Shown: positions 13,236-23,710, counted from the stretch's first letter. The stretch is DNA of 64,000 nt from Escherichia coli (GCF_022846255.1 NZ_AP025682.1), one strand, 5' to 3'. Notes: generated from the letters alone by a model not told the origin. Translations and numbers: made by a program.

Positions 13236-13270
13236 TTGCTGCCGGATGGCGTTTAATCGCCTTCCGGCAG
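13236..13270. repeat. REP-like imperfect palindrome downstream of pepD
   Basis: CTGCCGGATGGCG-ttta-ATCGCCTTCCGGCAG, one mismatch in the stem. Confidence 0.4.
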
Positions 13271-13282
13271 TTTCATCCTTCA

Positions 13283-13897
13283 TTATCCTTCGATAAAAGC
13301 CATCCCTGTGAACGTTCGTCGCGGGTTGCCACGTTCAATCTGGTGATGGAACATTCGCCGCTGCGATTTCAGCGCCGCGCTATTTTCCTGTTGCTGTTGT
13401 TCCAGCTTCCAGGCAATCAGTAATCGCGCCAGCCGCTTGTTAGCATGCTGACTGCGCTCTGACTGAACCTTCACGCTAATACCGGATGCCAGATGCGTGG
13501 CGCGTACCGCCGAGTCGGTTTTATTGACATGTTGACCGCCCGGCCCCGACGAACGCAGCGTCTCATAACGGATCGCGTCGGATTGTTCCTGCTCATCAGC
13601 GGTAAAACGCCCAATGCCCAGAAACCAGTTTTTGCGCCCATGATGAGGCCGATACGGACTCGGACAAATCCACTGGATAGTGCCACACCAGCTTTCGCTT
13701 AGAGCCCATGCGTTATCGCCATCCAGAGAAATCAGCGCCGAACGCAGTGTGTCAGAGTAGCGACCCGTTTCTGTTTCCAGCACCGTTACCGCGACGTCCT
13801 GTCGGGTAGCTTCTTTAATCAGCCTGTCCAGTGCTTTTCTCACTGCGAGACAACATTCTTCCGGCCCCTGAGCAGAGGAGAGTTGTAGCAAGATCAT
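13283..13897 (-). CDS. prfH: Peptide chain release factor homologue PrfH (RF-H), about 204 aa, apparently intact
   Basis: Class-I release-factor-like sequence with the GGQ motif ([17 protein letters not shown]); start set at [16 protein letters not shown], where the ATG overlaps the rtcB-like stop (ATGA). Confidence 0.8.
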
Positions 13898-15045
13898 CCT
13901 TTTTTCCCTCCACTGTTTTTGAGCGTCAGCACCGGGCGCAGTCGCGCGACAGGAATAATTAACCCAGCCAGCACCAGACATTGCACCACGCTTTCAGCCG
14001 ATTTATAGGCTTGTGGCGCTTCTTCAAAGATGAGTTGTTTATCGCGACAAATTACCCGACTGCCAAGTTCAGTCCGCGAGAGTTGCGTCGCCGTGTATTT
14101 CGCTGCCAGACGCCCTTTACACTCGGTGCGCCCCCATTTACGCCCCGCCCCATGCGCCAGCGAGTGGAGCGTTTTTTCGTTCGCAACAGGTTTAACCAGC
14201 CAGGAGTAATCGCCGCGTGAACCGGGAATAATCACCAGACCGTTGTCATCCGGCGTGGCGCCTTTACGATGCAACCAGCCCTGTTGATCGCCGATTTGGC
14301 ACGCGCTAACAAAGTTATGCGCCACATCCAGAACCGGACTTCCGGTGGCCTTAACTTGTTGCATTATGCGCAAAGCGATCAGCTGGCGATTAATACGCGC
14401 AAACGCCAGCGCATCGTCATGTTCCGCAATATACCGTAGCGCGTCGTCACTGCCTTCAGGCAAACCATGATGCGAAAACGAGGCAATATGCCGCTGTAAA
14501 ATAGACTGCCCCAATCCCCTCGAGCCGCTATGAACCAGCAGTTGCAGATGCTGCGCATCCAGACCAGCCAGTGCAAACAGTTCCGCGTCGATAATTTGAT
14601 CAATCTGTTGCAGTTCTGCGAAGTGGTTACCGCCACCGATGGAGCCAAGCGAGTTGTGCCACGGATGCTGTGCAAATGCTGACGGCAGGTTTTCCTCCAG
14701 CCAGCTTTCTTCAGCAACGTCATCCAGATCTGATAATCGCTTTTCAAACTTATCGGCGTTGTATTTGCGAGCGAGAATATCTGTTTGCCATAGCGCCATG
14801 CCGCAGCCGATATCATTGCCGACCAGTGCCGGGTAAAAACGGCCTACGGAGAAGAACGCTGCGCCAATCGGGTAGCCGCGTCCGGGATGTAAATCTGGCA
14901 TCCCCACAACGCGCTGCATGTTGGGTAAATTTGCCGTGGTGTGTAATTGTTGGATCGCTAAACTCTCGATCCACAGGTCATCAGATGCGATGGTAAATAC
15001 CGCATCGGATAAGGGACGAATATATTTGCCCATGTACCATTCCAT
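13894..15045 (-). CDS. RtcB-family RNA ligase paralogue coupled to prfH (ykfJ region in K-12), 383 aa
   Basis: RtcB-like His/Cys-rich motifs ([22 protein letters not shown]); translationally coupled to prfH. Confidence 0.8.
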   Translation of the reverse strand: MEWYMGKYIRPLSDAVFTIASDDLWIESLAIQQLHTTANLPNMQRVVGMPDLHPGRGYPIGAAFFSVGRFYPALVGNDIGCGMALWQTDILARKYNADKFEKRLSDLDDVAEESWLEENLPSAFAQHPWHNSLGSIGGGNHFAELQQIDQIIDAELFALAGLDAQHLQLLVHSGSRGLGQSILQRHIASFSHHGLPEGSDDALRYIAEHDDALAFARINRQLIALRIMQQVKATGSPVLDVAHNFVSACQIGDQQGWLHRKGATPDDNGLVIIPGSRGDYSWLVKPVANEKTLHSLAHGAGRKWGRTECKGRLAAKYTATQLSRTELGSRVICRDKQLIFEEAPQAYKSAESVVQCLVLAGLIIPVARLRPVLTLKNSGGKKG

Positions 15046-15222
15046 TTATGAATAAAAATCAGGAAATGGCAGACGAATCCAGGGCAAGAAAAAAGAATTA
15101 ATCCTGGAAAGGTCTGCAAAGAGTCATTGATAAAGGATTTGTCATGATTTACCTCCTTGCAGTTTGTGGAATAAGAAAACGCGCACATACTAGACGGGCG
15201 TTATTTTCATTGCAAGCTGGAT

Positions 15223-15675
15223 TTAATGTTGCGGTTTATATCGCATATAAAAATTAGTAAACCACGTTCCCCGGCATTCAACGCGCTGCTGCTTAACTGT
15301 CTGAAAACCATAACGTTCAAAAAAGGGTTTTGCGGTTATGCTGGCGTCCACCGTAAGTTCGGATTCAGACTTAATCAATGGTTTTAACAAAGCGCTGGCA
15401 ACTCCGCGTCGGGTGTATTCCGGTTCAACAAATAACATATCGATATAATGTCCAATGCGGGTAATAAAACCAACCGGTTGTGCATTAATAACTGCAACCC
15501 GCACTTGTGATTTCGCGAGTTTCTCCTTCCAGCGAGATTCGTCAATCTGCGCCCAGGCGGCAATTTGCTGTGGAGAATAGTGCTGACTCGCCGTCATCGT
15601 AACAGCTCGAAGGAAAATAGCGCATAGTTGCTGAAAATCACCAGGCTGATAGTTTCTTATTTGTATGTTATTCAT
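15223..15675 (-). CDS. yafP: GNAT-family acetyltransferase YafP, 150 aa
   Basis: Full-length ORF; last gene of the dinB-yafNOP operon. Confidence 0.9.
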   Translation of the reverse strand: MNNIQIRNYQPGDFQQLCAIFLRAVTMTASQHYSPQQIAAWAQIDESRWKEKLAKSQVRVAVINAQPVGFITRIGHYIDMLFVEPEYTRRGVASALLKPLIKSESELTVDASITAKPFFERYGFQTVKQQRVECRGTWFTNFYMRYKPQH

Positions 15676-15684
15676 AATATAAAT

Positions 15685-16083
15685 TCAAAAACGCATGCGA
15701 AACGCTTCTGCCATTTTCCCAATTTTATGCATTTGGTTGTTATCTCGAGCCAGTTTATGAGGTTCAGGTTTCAGAATGGCAATGAGCAACCATGCTTGCT
15801 CATCAAACGCACCCTGACAATATACCAAATGCGCTGCGTCATTCGTTCTGCTGAATTGGCGCAACTGTGGCGGAAATGGATTATTCACATTTGCCAGATG
15901 AATATGAGCAACTCGCTCAAATTTGATTAATGGCCAGGTAAACGAGTCGTCGTAGAGTGCATCGCGACCAAATATATCTGGCAAAACACCGTCACGCTTA
16001 TAGGAAATAAAATCCGCCGTTAACGCATCAAGTTCCTCTGCTGTAAGTTGCAGGCGAATAAGTTTTGTTTTGAATACCCGCAT
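15685..16083 (-). CDS. yafO: mRNA interferase toxin YafO, 132 aa
   Basis: Full-length ORF directly downstream of yafN, 2-nt gap. Confidence 0.9.
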   Translation of the reverse strand: MRVFKTKLIRLQLTAEELDALTADFISYKRDGVLPDIFGRDALYDDSFTWPLIKFERVAHIHLANVNNPFPPQLRQFSRTNDAAHLVYCQGAFDEQAWLLIAILKPEPHKLARDNNQMHKIGKMAEAFRMRF

Positions 16084-16085
16084 CC

Positions 16086-16379
16086 TTATTCCTTAAAGTC
16101 ATTGAAATCATCATCCGTCATATCATTAAGATATTGTTCAGCGCGGCGTGTAATTTCCTCTAATCTTGCGGCACTCGGACGGAAGCGCGCCTTAACCAGT
16201 TTTTTCTCCTCTTGTTCAGCAAGCATGTCCATTAACGCTTCAAATGCGCTGGCACTTAAGAGATATCCTGCGGGGCGATTATTAGAAAGAACCGCAACCG
16301 GTTGATCAATAAAGTATTTAGCTGGGTTTTTACGTAACTCAGTGATATTGACCGATTTTTCAGCGAGAATTCGATGCAT
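16086..16379 (-). CDS. yafN: Antitoxin YafN (Phd/YefM family), 97 aa
   Basis: Full-length ORF; typical antitoxin-before-toxin arrangement. Confidence 0.9.
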   Translation of the reverse strand: MHRILAEKSVNITELRKNPAKYFIDQPVAVLSNNRPAGYLLSASAFEALMDMLAEQEEKKLVKARFRPSAARLEEITRRAEQYLNDMTDDDFNDFKE

Positions 16380-16430
16380 ACAGTGATCCCCTCATAATAA
16401 TGCACATCAGAATATACATAATAGTATACA

Positions 16431-17486
16431 TCATAATCCCAGCACCAGTTGTCTTTCCATTTGAGGGTCAAGTAACGTCACATGCAGCCCCACCAGACGC
16501 ACACCGCGCCCGCCACGGCGTTCATCCCAGGTTTTACGCGCGGTGGCGATTAAGTCAGCTTTATTCAGCCGCGGCCAGACGTGCTCCTGAGTGGTTTGCT
16601 GAAAATCATCAAACTTTAATTTCACCCCCTGGCGAGCAATCAGTAAATCAGGTTTTACCTTTGCCAGACGGCGTTCAAGTTCAGGATACAGCCGCTCGAT
16701 AATCGCTTCACATTCAGACCAGTGATGAATATCTTCCGCCATCGTGCGTTCCACGCCGACGGATTTTCGCAACCGTTCACTGTTAACGTCGCGCTCGTCA
16801 ATCCCCTGACTACGCTCCCACAAAATGCGGCCAAATTTGCCAAAACGTTTGAGCAGAGTCACCAGATCACACTTTTGCACATCACCGCAGGTCCGCAGCC
16901 CCATCGCTTCCAGTTTTGCCGCCGAGACTTTGCCGACGCCGGGAATTTTTGCCAGCGGTAAGGTTTGCAGAAATGCCGGAACTTCTGCCGGCGTAATCAC
17001 AAACTGGCCGTTGGGTTTATTCATGTCGGAGGCGATTTTGGCGAGAAACTTGACCGGCGCAACGCCCGCAGACGCCGTCAGTTGCAGCTCGTTGAAGATC
17101 GTCTGGCGGATTTCCTGGGCGATGAGGGTCGCAGAACCGTGGCAATGGACGCTATCGGTGACATCGAGATAGGCTTCATCCAGTGATAACGGTTCAATGC
17201 GCGAGGTATAGCGCGAGAAAATTTCGCGGATATGATTTGAGGCTTCTTTGTAGGCGTCAAAGCGCCCTGGAAGCAAGGTGAGATGCGGGCATAATTTGAG
17301 CGCCATCCCTGTCGGCATAGCGCTACGTACGCCAAATTTACGCGCGGGATAATTGGCGGTGCTGATTACCCCCCGTCGTTCGCGGCTGCCGCCAATAGCA
17401 ATAGGGATATCGCGCAGGGCGGGATTGTCGCGCATCTCCACCGCTGCGAAAAAGCAGTCCATATCCACATGAATGATTTTACGCAT
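16431..17486 (-). CDS. dinB: DNA polymerase IV (Y-family translesion polymerase), 351 aa
   Basis: Full-length match ([46 protein letters not shown]...). Confidence 0.96.
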   Translation of the reverse strand: MRKIIHVDMDCFFAAVEMRDNPALRDIPIAIGGSRERRGVISTANYPARKFGVRSAMPTGMALKLCPHLTLLPGRFDAYKEASNHIREIFSRYTSRIEPLSLDEAYLDVTDSVHCHGSATLIAQEIRQTIFNELQLTASAGVAPVKFLAKIASDMNKPNGQFVITPAEVPAFLQTLPLAKIPGVGKVSAAKLEAMGLRTCGDVQKCDLVTLLKRFGKFGRILWERSQGIDERDVNSERLRKSVGVERTMAEDIHHWSECEAIIERLYPELERRLAKVKPDLLIARQGVKLKFDDFQQTTQEHVWPRLNKADLIATARKTWDERRGGRGVRLVGLHVTLLDPQMERQLVLGL

Positions 17487-17500
17487 TGCTCACCTCTCAA

Positions 17501-17520
17501 CACTGGTAAAGTATACAGTG
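17501..17520 (-). promoter_or_regulatory. LexA (SOS) box of the dinB promoter
   Basis: CACTGGTAAAGTATACAGTG contains CTG-N10-CAG with a TATA core, 15 bp upstream of the dinB start. Confidence 0.7.
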
Positions 17521-17556
17521 ATTTCAGGGTTTGAGAAATGCGTAAAGATTCAGCAT

Positions 17557-18480
17557 TTAACGCGTTCGCTGCGAAAGCACCTGCTGCTTATCCAGCTTTT
17601 GCACCAGCGGCTGCACCACTTTATCCCCATGCTGACCAAAGTATTGATACAGCGTATCGGACGCGCTTTTAGTCAGCACCATAATCTCAATGCGCCGGTT
17701 GCCCGCGCTTTGCGGATTTTTCGCGTCCAGCAGCATCTGGTCCGCCATTGCGCTCACCTGCATCACTTTATCTTCCGGCATTCCTGCCTCTTCCAGCACC
17801 CGACGAGCCGAAAGCGCGCGGTCACCCGAAAGGTTCCAGTTGTTGTAGATATTGTTTTTGTAGGCCATCGCATCGGTATGCCCGGTAATAATAATTTTGT
17901 TATCGAGCGAGTCGAACACTGGCGCGAGCTCCACCAGCAGCGTTTTAAAGAACGGCATAATCTGCGCGCTGCCGCGTTCGAACATATTGCGATTCTGGTC
18001 GTCTTTAATCAGCACGCGTAATCCCTGCGGGACAATCTCCATCTCCAGATTCGCTTCCATATGCGCATCACGGGCAATGGTGTTGATGCTGGTTGCCAGC
18101 TCACCAAGCTCGGTGGCGGATTTCTTCTTCAGCAGCGCCGTTTTCTCGTTGACGTCGCGCGCTTTTTTCTCCGTCTCTTCCGGCACCGCCACGGTGGCAG
18201 GTTTTGACGGATGAGACGGGCTGATTTTATTTAACGGCGACAGCCCACCACCGTTAAAAATCGACTGCCCGTGCAGCGCGGCGATAATGCTTTCACGCTC
18301 GGATTTACTGACGCTATTGACAATCCACAGCGTCATAAATAGCGCCATCATCGCCAGGGTAAAGTCGGCGAACGCTACCTTCCACGCCCCGCCGTGGTGC
18401 CCGGCATGATTCTTTTTGATCTGCCGCCGGACGATGGTGGTTTTTGCCCCACGCTCGCGGCGGTTGCCCGTCTTTCTCAT
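17557..18480 (-). CDS. lafU: Lateral flagellar motor stator protein LafU (MotB-like, OmpA C-terminal domain); mbhA counterpart
   Basis: Single TM segment (WKVAFADFTLAMMALFMTLWIV) plus OmpA-like peptidoglycan-binding C-terminus; start set at MRKTGNRRE just after the lafT stop. Confidence 0.85.
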   Translation of the reverse strand: MRKTGNRRERGAKTTIVRRQIKKNHAGHHGGAWKVAFADFTLAMMALFMTLWIVNSVSKSERESIIAALHGQSIFNGGGLSPLNKISPSHPSKPATVAVPEETEKKARDVNEKTALLKKKSATELGELATSINTIARDAHMEANLEMEIVPQGLRVLIKDDQNRNMFERGSAQIMPFFKTLLVELAPVFDSLDNKIIITGHTDAMAYKNNIYNNWNLSGDRALSARRVLEEAGMPEDKVMQVSAMADQMLLDAKNPQSAGNRRIEIMVLTKSASDTLYQYFGQHGDKVVQPLVQKLDKQQVLSQRTR

Positions 18481-18482
18481 GC

Positions 18483-19346
18483 TTATTCTTGCTCCAGCAT
18501 CGCATTCACCCATGCATCGAGGTTGGCGAAGGTCGGTTTGGACGCCAGATGCAGCAGCTTACGCCCGGCGTCCACCGCCAGCAGCGTCGGTTTGCCGCCC
18601 GCCTGGGCCACCAGCACGGTACGCACACACTCCAGCAGCGAATGTTCCGCCCGCGCCTGCTGTTCCATGGCGTTGGCGAGCGGGTCCATCAGGCAGTAGC
18701 AAATAAACACGCCTAAAAATGTCCCCACCAGCGCTGCCGCCACTTTCAGGCCAATCAGGGCGATAGAACCGTCAATTGACTGCATGGTGATGATGATGCC
18801 CAGCACTGCCGCGCAAATACCAAATCCCGGCATCGCTTCGGCGGTCCGTTGCAGCGAGCGTGACGGCGTTAACAGCGACTCTTCAGCGGTGTCCAGCTCC
18901 TGATCGAGAATGCCTTCCAGTTCATGGGCGTCGATTTTACCCATCGCCATCAGGCGAAAGTTATCGGCAATAAAAGTCACCAGCCGCTTCTGGGTTAACA
19001 CCAGCGGGTATTTCTGGAAAACGGTACTCTCTTCCGGCTGCTCAATATGCTGATCCAACATCCGCAGACCGCCGTTTTGTACCATTTCAAGCAACTCATA
19101 CAGGCACATTAATAGCTGGCGCTGAAACTCCGGCCCGAGCTGTTTTTTACTGATCACGCCTTTAATTTGATGGGCAATCTCTTTCAGCACATGTTTCGGG
19201 TTCCCAATAATCATCGCCCCGAAACCCGCACCCAAAATAATGATCATTTCCGCCGGTTGCCAGATAGCCACTAATTGGCCGCCCGCTTCAAAATAACCGC
19301 CAAATACGCAGCCGAGCACCACCAGTAAACCTAATATTTTTTGCAT
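18483..19346 (-). CDS. lafT: Lateral flagellar motor stator protein LafT (MotA-like), 287 aa
   Basis: Four-TM MotA/TolQ/ExbB-type sequence immediately upstream of the MotB-like gene. Confidence 0.85.
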   Translation of the reverse strand: MQKILGLLVVLGCVFGGYFEAGGQLVAIWQPAEMIIILGAGFGAMIIGNPKHVLKEIAHQIKGVISKKQLGPEFQRQLLMCLYELLEMVQNGGLRMLDQHIEQPEESTVFQKYPLVLTQKRLVTFIADNFRLMAMGKIDAHELEGILDQELDTAEESLLTPSRSLQRTAEAMPGFGICAAVLGIIITMQSIDGSIALIGLKVAAALVGTFLGVFICYCLMDPLANAMEQQARAEHSLLECVRTVLVAQAGGKPTLLAVDAGRKLLHLASKPTFANLDAWVNAMLEQE

Positions 19347-19358
19347 GATTTCTTCACT

Positions 19359-20078
19359 TTAATTCGGATAGACAAAATCACGAATTTTCTGCGCGATCTG
19401 TTTATTCAGTTGACAAATTCGGGCCTCGGTTAGCCCTAATACCAGCGCAATCTCTTTGAGATTCATCTCATGCTGGTAATACATGGAGAGGATCAGTTGC
19501 TCTTTTTCGCTTAATTGTGAAAGCGCGTGTTGCAGCATTTTCTGCGTGACAAACTGATCTTCCAGGTCTCTGCCAGCAAGCGGAATACCCGGTCCTTCGC
19601 CGTTCAGCAGTTCGTCCAGGCTGGCGAGCGTTTCCGCCCCTTCCAGTTGCTGATATTCGAGATAATCTTCATGCGAGATCCCTTCCTCAGCCAGCTCCTG
19701 CCACTCCGGTTCGTGCCCCAGTTTTTTACGCGTTTCGCGAATCAGGTCTTTCATCTGATGATATTTCTGTCGCAGCTGGCGCGGTCGCCAGTCGAGAGCG
19801 CGCAGCTCATCCAGGATCGCACCGCGAATACGGTGCACGGCATAGCCCGCAAAACCTTCGTCCGGCAGCCCATAGCGACGAATGGCCTTCAACAGCCCCA
19901 TTAACGCCGTTTGTTCCATATCCTGACGGTCAATAATGCAATTACACTGCGGGGCAAGGTGCCGCACCACTTTACGCACCAACGGTAAATAGGCCTGCAA
20001 GTAGTGGCTCTCCTGCTGCGGGGTTAATACCGGCGCGGCAGCAAATTCTTCTGACTCGAATAATACGTCCTGTAGCAT
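19359..20078 (-). CDS. lafS: Lateral flagellar sigma-28 (FliA-family) LafS, 239 aa
   Basis: Sigma-70 family regions 2 and 4 recognisable (e.g. LKEIALVLGLTEARICQLNKQ HTH). Confidence 0.85.
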   Translation of the reverse strand: MLQDVLFESEEFAAAPVLTPQQESHYLQAYLPLVRKVVRHLAPQCNCIIDRQDMEQTALMGLLKAIRRYGLPDEGFAGYAVHRIRGAILDELRALDWRPRQLRQKYHQMKDLIRETRKKLGHEPEWQELAEEGISHEDYLEYQQLEGAETLASLDELLNGEGPGIPLAGRDLEDQFVTQKMLQHALSQLSEKEQLILSMYYQHEMNLKEIALVLGLTEARICQLNKQIAQKIRDFVYPN

Positions 20079-20097
20079 GTTTATATCCGCCTGGTGA

Positions 20098-20565
20098 TTA
20101 CTGGAAGACCACTTTTTTCACCAGTAAATCCTTATACGGTGCGCTCATTTTGCGACGCTGAAGATCTTTCTTTAACGCATCCGAAATCAGTTTGCGGATG
20201 GCAGATATTTTCATGCCGCGCAAATCTTCAAATTTCATTTCCGTCAGGCATTCAACTGCAATACTTTGATACAGAGGCTCCTGATGTTTTATTTTTTCCG
20301 CCTCTTTGTCACTGGCGACCACCATCACTAATTCCGCCGACAAATAATGATCCGCGCCGTTGTTGTCATGCAAAGTGACAATGGTTTCCGGCAGCGTCAC
20401 AAATACGCTCTTGCTCTCATCCAGAGCTTCCACCGATTCCGTTTGCGCGGCGGTAGTCGGTTTTCCTTTTCCGGCATAATGATGCCAGACACTCCATCCT
20501 GCTCCAGCGCCGACCACCAACGCCAGAACGGCGCTGACCACGCCTGCCACCACGATTTTCTTCAT
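20098..20565 (-). CDS. lafF: FliL-like basal-body-associated protein LafF, 155 aa
   Basis: N-terminal TM followed by FliL-like domain; position between the fliK-like gene and the sigma gene. Confidence 0.75.
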   Translation of the reverse strand: MKKIVVAGVVSAVLALVVGAGAGWSVWHHYAGKGKPTTAAQTESVEALDESKSVFVTLPETIVTLHDNNGADHYLSAELVMVVASDKEAEKIKHQEPLYQSIAVECLTEMKFEDLRGMKISAIRKLISDALKKDLQRRKMSAPYKDLLVKKVVFQ

Positions 20566-20572
20566 ATTGCCT

Positions 20573-21634
20573 TTACACTTTGATCAAAACGGATTCGTTC
20601 TGTTGAAATTGAGGCGCATCATCAAGCTGTAAGGCGGCACTCACCTCTTCCTGCTGATGGCCCGACTGTTGTTGCTGCTGCGACTGCCCTTCGGAGGAGA
20701 CCTGTACGTTCACCTCCATAAAATTTTGCGCCGTCAGATGCTGGCGGAGATCGTCGCTAAACTGCTGTAACGCGCGGCAAACTTCACTTTGGTTCGCGCC
20801 GATGTGCACCATCAGTTTGCCGTTGTCGAGTTGTACGGCGATCTCGAGCTTGCCAAGCGACGGTGGATCGAGACGGATGGTGGAGATCTGCTGTTGTTTG
20901 TTGAGCTGAAAGTGGATCTGATCTTTCAACAGCGTCGTCAGTTTTTCGCCCAGTTCGTCGATCGAAAGCGTGGCTGGTTTGGCGACAATCTCCTGATGAT
21001 CGCTGACCAGCTCCGGCGTCTTAACCTGCAACACCGCACGCGCAATAACCAGTTCGCTGTCCGACACTTTTTCCGTTTTACGCTCGACCTGCGGGCGCGC
21101 GTTCACACGGGTTAGTTCAGGTTTCGGGCGAGCTGGCTGTGTTGAGACGCGCGGCTGCGTCGGTGCAATGGCATGTAAATCTTCACTGGCGTAAGTCGCC
21201 AGTCTGGCCTGCTGTTCGGGTTTCGCCTGCGGCAACTGACCGATCAGCTCCTGCAACTGCGGCGGCAACGGCGTGAGTTCCTGCTGCTGCGTCGGGCGTT
21301 GCGCCGCGTTTTGCACCACCGCTTTCGTCAATTGCTGGATAACCGGCGATGTTGCGACGTTTCGCGGCTGCGGCGTGTCCTGATGCGGCGCGGCAGGTTG
21401 CGGAAGTAACAGCGCCATTAGCGCCTGCATCGCCACCGGATCGTTCTCCTGCGGGCGCGTCGCCTGTTGCTGACTGGTTTTTGCGCTATGAACGCGCTCC
21501 GCCACCGCCGCGACCGCCATTTTCGGCAGGGTAAACGCGGGCGCGTTTTCACTACTCACCGGCGGTAAAATATCCGCTTTCAGCGACGCCGTTTCCGCAA
21601 GTGTTCCGAGCGTGGCAAGCAATGCCGGATTCAT
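20573..21634 (-). CDS. lafE: Hook-length control protein LafE (FliK-like), 353 aa
   Basis: Pro/Gln-rich low-complexity middle and FliK-like C-terminal domain; conserved position. Confidence 0.7.
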   Translation of the reverse strand: MNPALLATLGTLAETASLKADILPPVSSENAPAFTLPKMAVAAVAERVHSAKTSQQQATRPQENDPVAMQALMALLLPQPAAPHQDTPQPRNVATSPVIQQLTKAVVQNAAQRPTQQQELTPLPPQLQELIGQLPQAKPEQQARLATYASEDLHAIAPTQPRVSTQPARPKPELTRVNARPQVERKTEKVSDSELVIARAVLQVKTPELVSDHQEIVAKPATLSIDELGEKLTTLLKDQIHFQLNKQQQISTIRLDPPSLGKLEIAVQLDNGKLMVHIGANQSEVCRALQQFSDDLRQHLTAQNFMEVNVQVSSEGQSQQQQQSGHQQEEVSAALQLDDAPQFQQNESVLIKV

Positions 21635-21942
21635 GACTTCTCCGAAAGTAAATTAACAATTGAGTAGGCCAGTACGCCTTCCTGATGCCGCTGATGCTGT
21701 TCCATACGCGCCTTCAACACTTCTGCACGCTGCTCGCGCCGTTTAATCAGGGCATTAAACGCGCCGTACAGCTGCGCCTTCACCGCACACAACTGCGCCG
21801 CGTCGGTTTCCGCCGCCACGTAATCGTGAAACTGGCGCATCAACTGCTGATGCAGTGCCGGAAGGCGTCGCCAGCGTTGCTTGTCGAGGGCTTCGTTCAT
21901 CGCTTCAACCAGCGCGAAAAGTTGCCTGCGTTGTTTTTCCAT
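21631..21942 (-). CDS. lafD: LafD, small helical protein in the FliT position (probable export chaperone)
   Basis: Start set at MEKQRRQL, 5 nt after the lafC stop (ORF track extends into lafC); function by position only. Confidence 0.55.
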   Translation of the reverse strand: MEKQRRQLFALVEAMNEALDKQRWRRLPALHQQLMRQFHDYVAAETDAAQLCAVKAQLYGAFNALIKRREQRAEVLKARMEQHQRHQEGVLAYSIVNLLSEKS

Positions 21943-21946
21943 CGTC

Positions 21947-22339
21947 TTAACCCAGCTTGCCCGAAAGCCCTTCCCAGCCTTCACGCAGGTTGCTTAAGAT
22001 CAGCATCACTTCATCGATTTTCTCTGCCGACAGTTCGCCGCTGGCCTCATACAAGCGATACACACAGTGGTCATAGAGGCGCGAAAGGTTGACCACCAGC
22101 TCGCCGCCAGTTTCAAACTCCAGCGAACTGGTGAGCGCATTGAGAATGTCGATGCATTTATTGATGCTCTGGGCTTTCTTCTCGAAACGCCGCCCTTCAA
22201 TATGGCTTTTGGCGCGTTCCAGCTCGTCCATCAGACCAGAAAACAGCACCAGCACCAGTTCCAGAGGCGATGCCGCCGCAGTACGCGCCGCGAGATCGAT
22301 CTCTTTATATTGCGAATAGCCGTCCTGTACTTGGTACAT
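21947..22339 (-). CDS. lafC: Flagellin-specific chaperone LafC (FliS-like), 130 aa
   Basis: FliS-like sequence (MYQVQDGYSQYKEIDLAARTAAASPLELVLVLFSGL...). Confidence 0.85.
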   Translation of the reverse strand: MYQVQDGYSQYKEIDLAARTAAASPLELVLVLFSGLMDELERAKSHIEGRRFEKKAQSINKCIDILNALTSSLEFETGGELVVNLSRLYDHCVYRLYEASGELSAEKIDEVMLILSNLREGWEGLSGKLG

Positions 22340-22361
22340 CTTTAGGGATATTCCTTCTGAG

Positions 22362-23678
22362 TTACGCGAATGCCGCCATGCTGGCTTTCATGGTGTACAC
22401 CTCGACCAGCGTGTTGGTGTACTCCTCGAGATAACGGTCGTAGTTGGCGTTATAGGTATCAGTAAGCTGATCGCCTTCGTCCTGAATTTTGCTCATCTGA
22501 TCGTCAATGTTCTGCTGGCGCAGGGTGATGATGCCGTTGCTGGAGTCCGTGTAGGTGTTAATCAGGTCGTCCATCTGTGCCACCATGCTGTTGTCGCCAA
22601 CGAAAATAGAGGTCAGACCGTCAGGATTTTTCGCCATTTCGTCGTTGAACTGGTCGGAGTCAATCTGTAAGTGGCCGTGAGAATCAAGCGTGATGCCATA
22701 GTCAACAATCGACACCCCGTTGTAGCTGGCATGGGCGATATCATCGAGCTGGTTCGCCAGTGAGCTGAGTCCGGCGTCACCCGCAAATACCCCGGCGCTG
22801 GTACTGTCATCACCGTGGGTGGTCAACGAATCAACCGTATCAATCAAGGTGTTATAAGCATCAACAAAGGTCTGTACTTTCTCCTGGCTGGCGCTGGAAT
22901 CTTCGCTGATGTTAAAGGTAGTGAGATCGCTGTCAGAATCGCTGACTTCGGTGAAAGTCATGGTGACGCCGGGGATCACATCATCAAAGGTATTGCTGCT
23001 ATTAGTGATCTCTGGCCCCGTGGCGCTGCCGAGATGAATAATCGCGTCCTGGGCGGAGGAAACATCCGTAGCAACAGGCGCGCTGGCGCTGTCGTTGCTG
23101 GCGTCATGCCCCGTTACGCTCACCGAAAATGCGCTCTGCGCCCCGGTGCTATCGGAGGTGAGCATAATCGTGGTGGTGCCGTCGGTTTTTACCAGTGCCG
23201 CCGACACGCCCGGATTGTCATCAGAGTCGTTAATCGCATTCACCAGTTCACTGGCGTCGATAAAACCGTCGCCGTCACCGTTCTGATCTGCCGCCGACAG
23301 ATCAATATCCATGGTGCTGTCGCCCATCGTCAGTTCGAAGGTGCCGGTAGCGGAAAAGGCGTCGTCGCCCATACTGAACGTGGTTTGCTGCCCCTGTGCC
23401 AGTTGCTCAACGAAAAATGAGTAGCTTCCCGCCTGCACCTGCGAGTTAGCGGAAACGGTCGCCGAGTCATTATTGCTGGTGGCGGCAAACGTCACCGGGC
23501 CGTCAGTATCGCTGTTCAGCGCGTCAACGGCGCTCTGAAAATCGCTCAACGCTGAGCTGAGCGAGTCCAGGCCGCTGCTTTCAGCATCCAGCTCGCTCTG
23601 CTTCTCCTGCAAATTGGCTGCCTGAGTGGCAACATCCGCATAAGCGATTTCTTGCGCAATGGTTCTTGGGTTGATCAT
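22362..23678 (-). CDS. lafB: Filament cap protein LafB (FliD / HAP2-like), 438 aa
   Basis: FliD-like N- and C-terminal heptad regions; first gene after a sigma54 promoter motif. Confidence 0.8.
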   Translation of the reverse strand: MINPRTIAQEIAYADVATQAANLQEKQSELDAESSGLDSLSSALSDFQSAVDALNSDTDGPVTFAATSNNDSATVSANSQVQAGSYSFFVEQLAQGQQTTFSMGDDAFSATGTFELTMGDSTMDIDLSAADQNGDGDGFIDASELVNAINDSDDNPGVSAALVKTDGTTTIMLTSDSTGAQSAFSVSVTGHDASNDSASAPVATDVSSAQDAIIHLGSATGPEITNSSNTFDDVIPGVTMTFTEVSDSDSDLTTFNISEDSSASQEKVQTFVDAYNTLIDTVDSLTTHGDDSTSAGVFAGDAGLSSLANQLDDIAHASYNGVSIVDYGITLDSHGHLQIDSDQFNDEMAKNPDGLTSIFVGDNSMVAQMDDLINTYTDSSNGIITLRQQNIDDQMSKIQDEGDQLTDTYNANYDRYLEEYTNTLVEVYTMKASMAAFA

Positions 23679-23710
23679 TGATGACTCCGGATAACGATGT
23701 CAGGTTATTG

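Noticed and set aside
13894-13981. Longer prfH ORF (232 aa) overlapping rtcB by 88 nt
   Set aside because: The internal ATG at 13897 gives the expected ~204-aa product and an ATGA stop/start overlap with the upstream gene; the extension is most likely not translated
22815-23420. 201-aa plus-strand ORF inside lafB
   Set aside because: Antisense to the FliD-like gene
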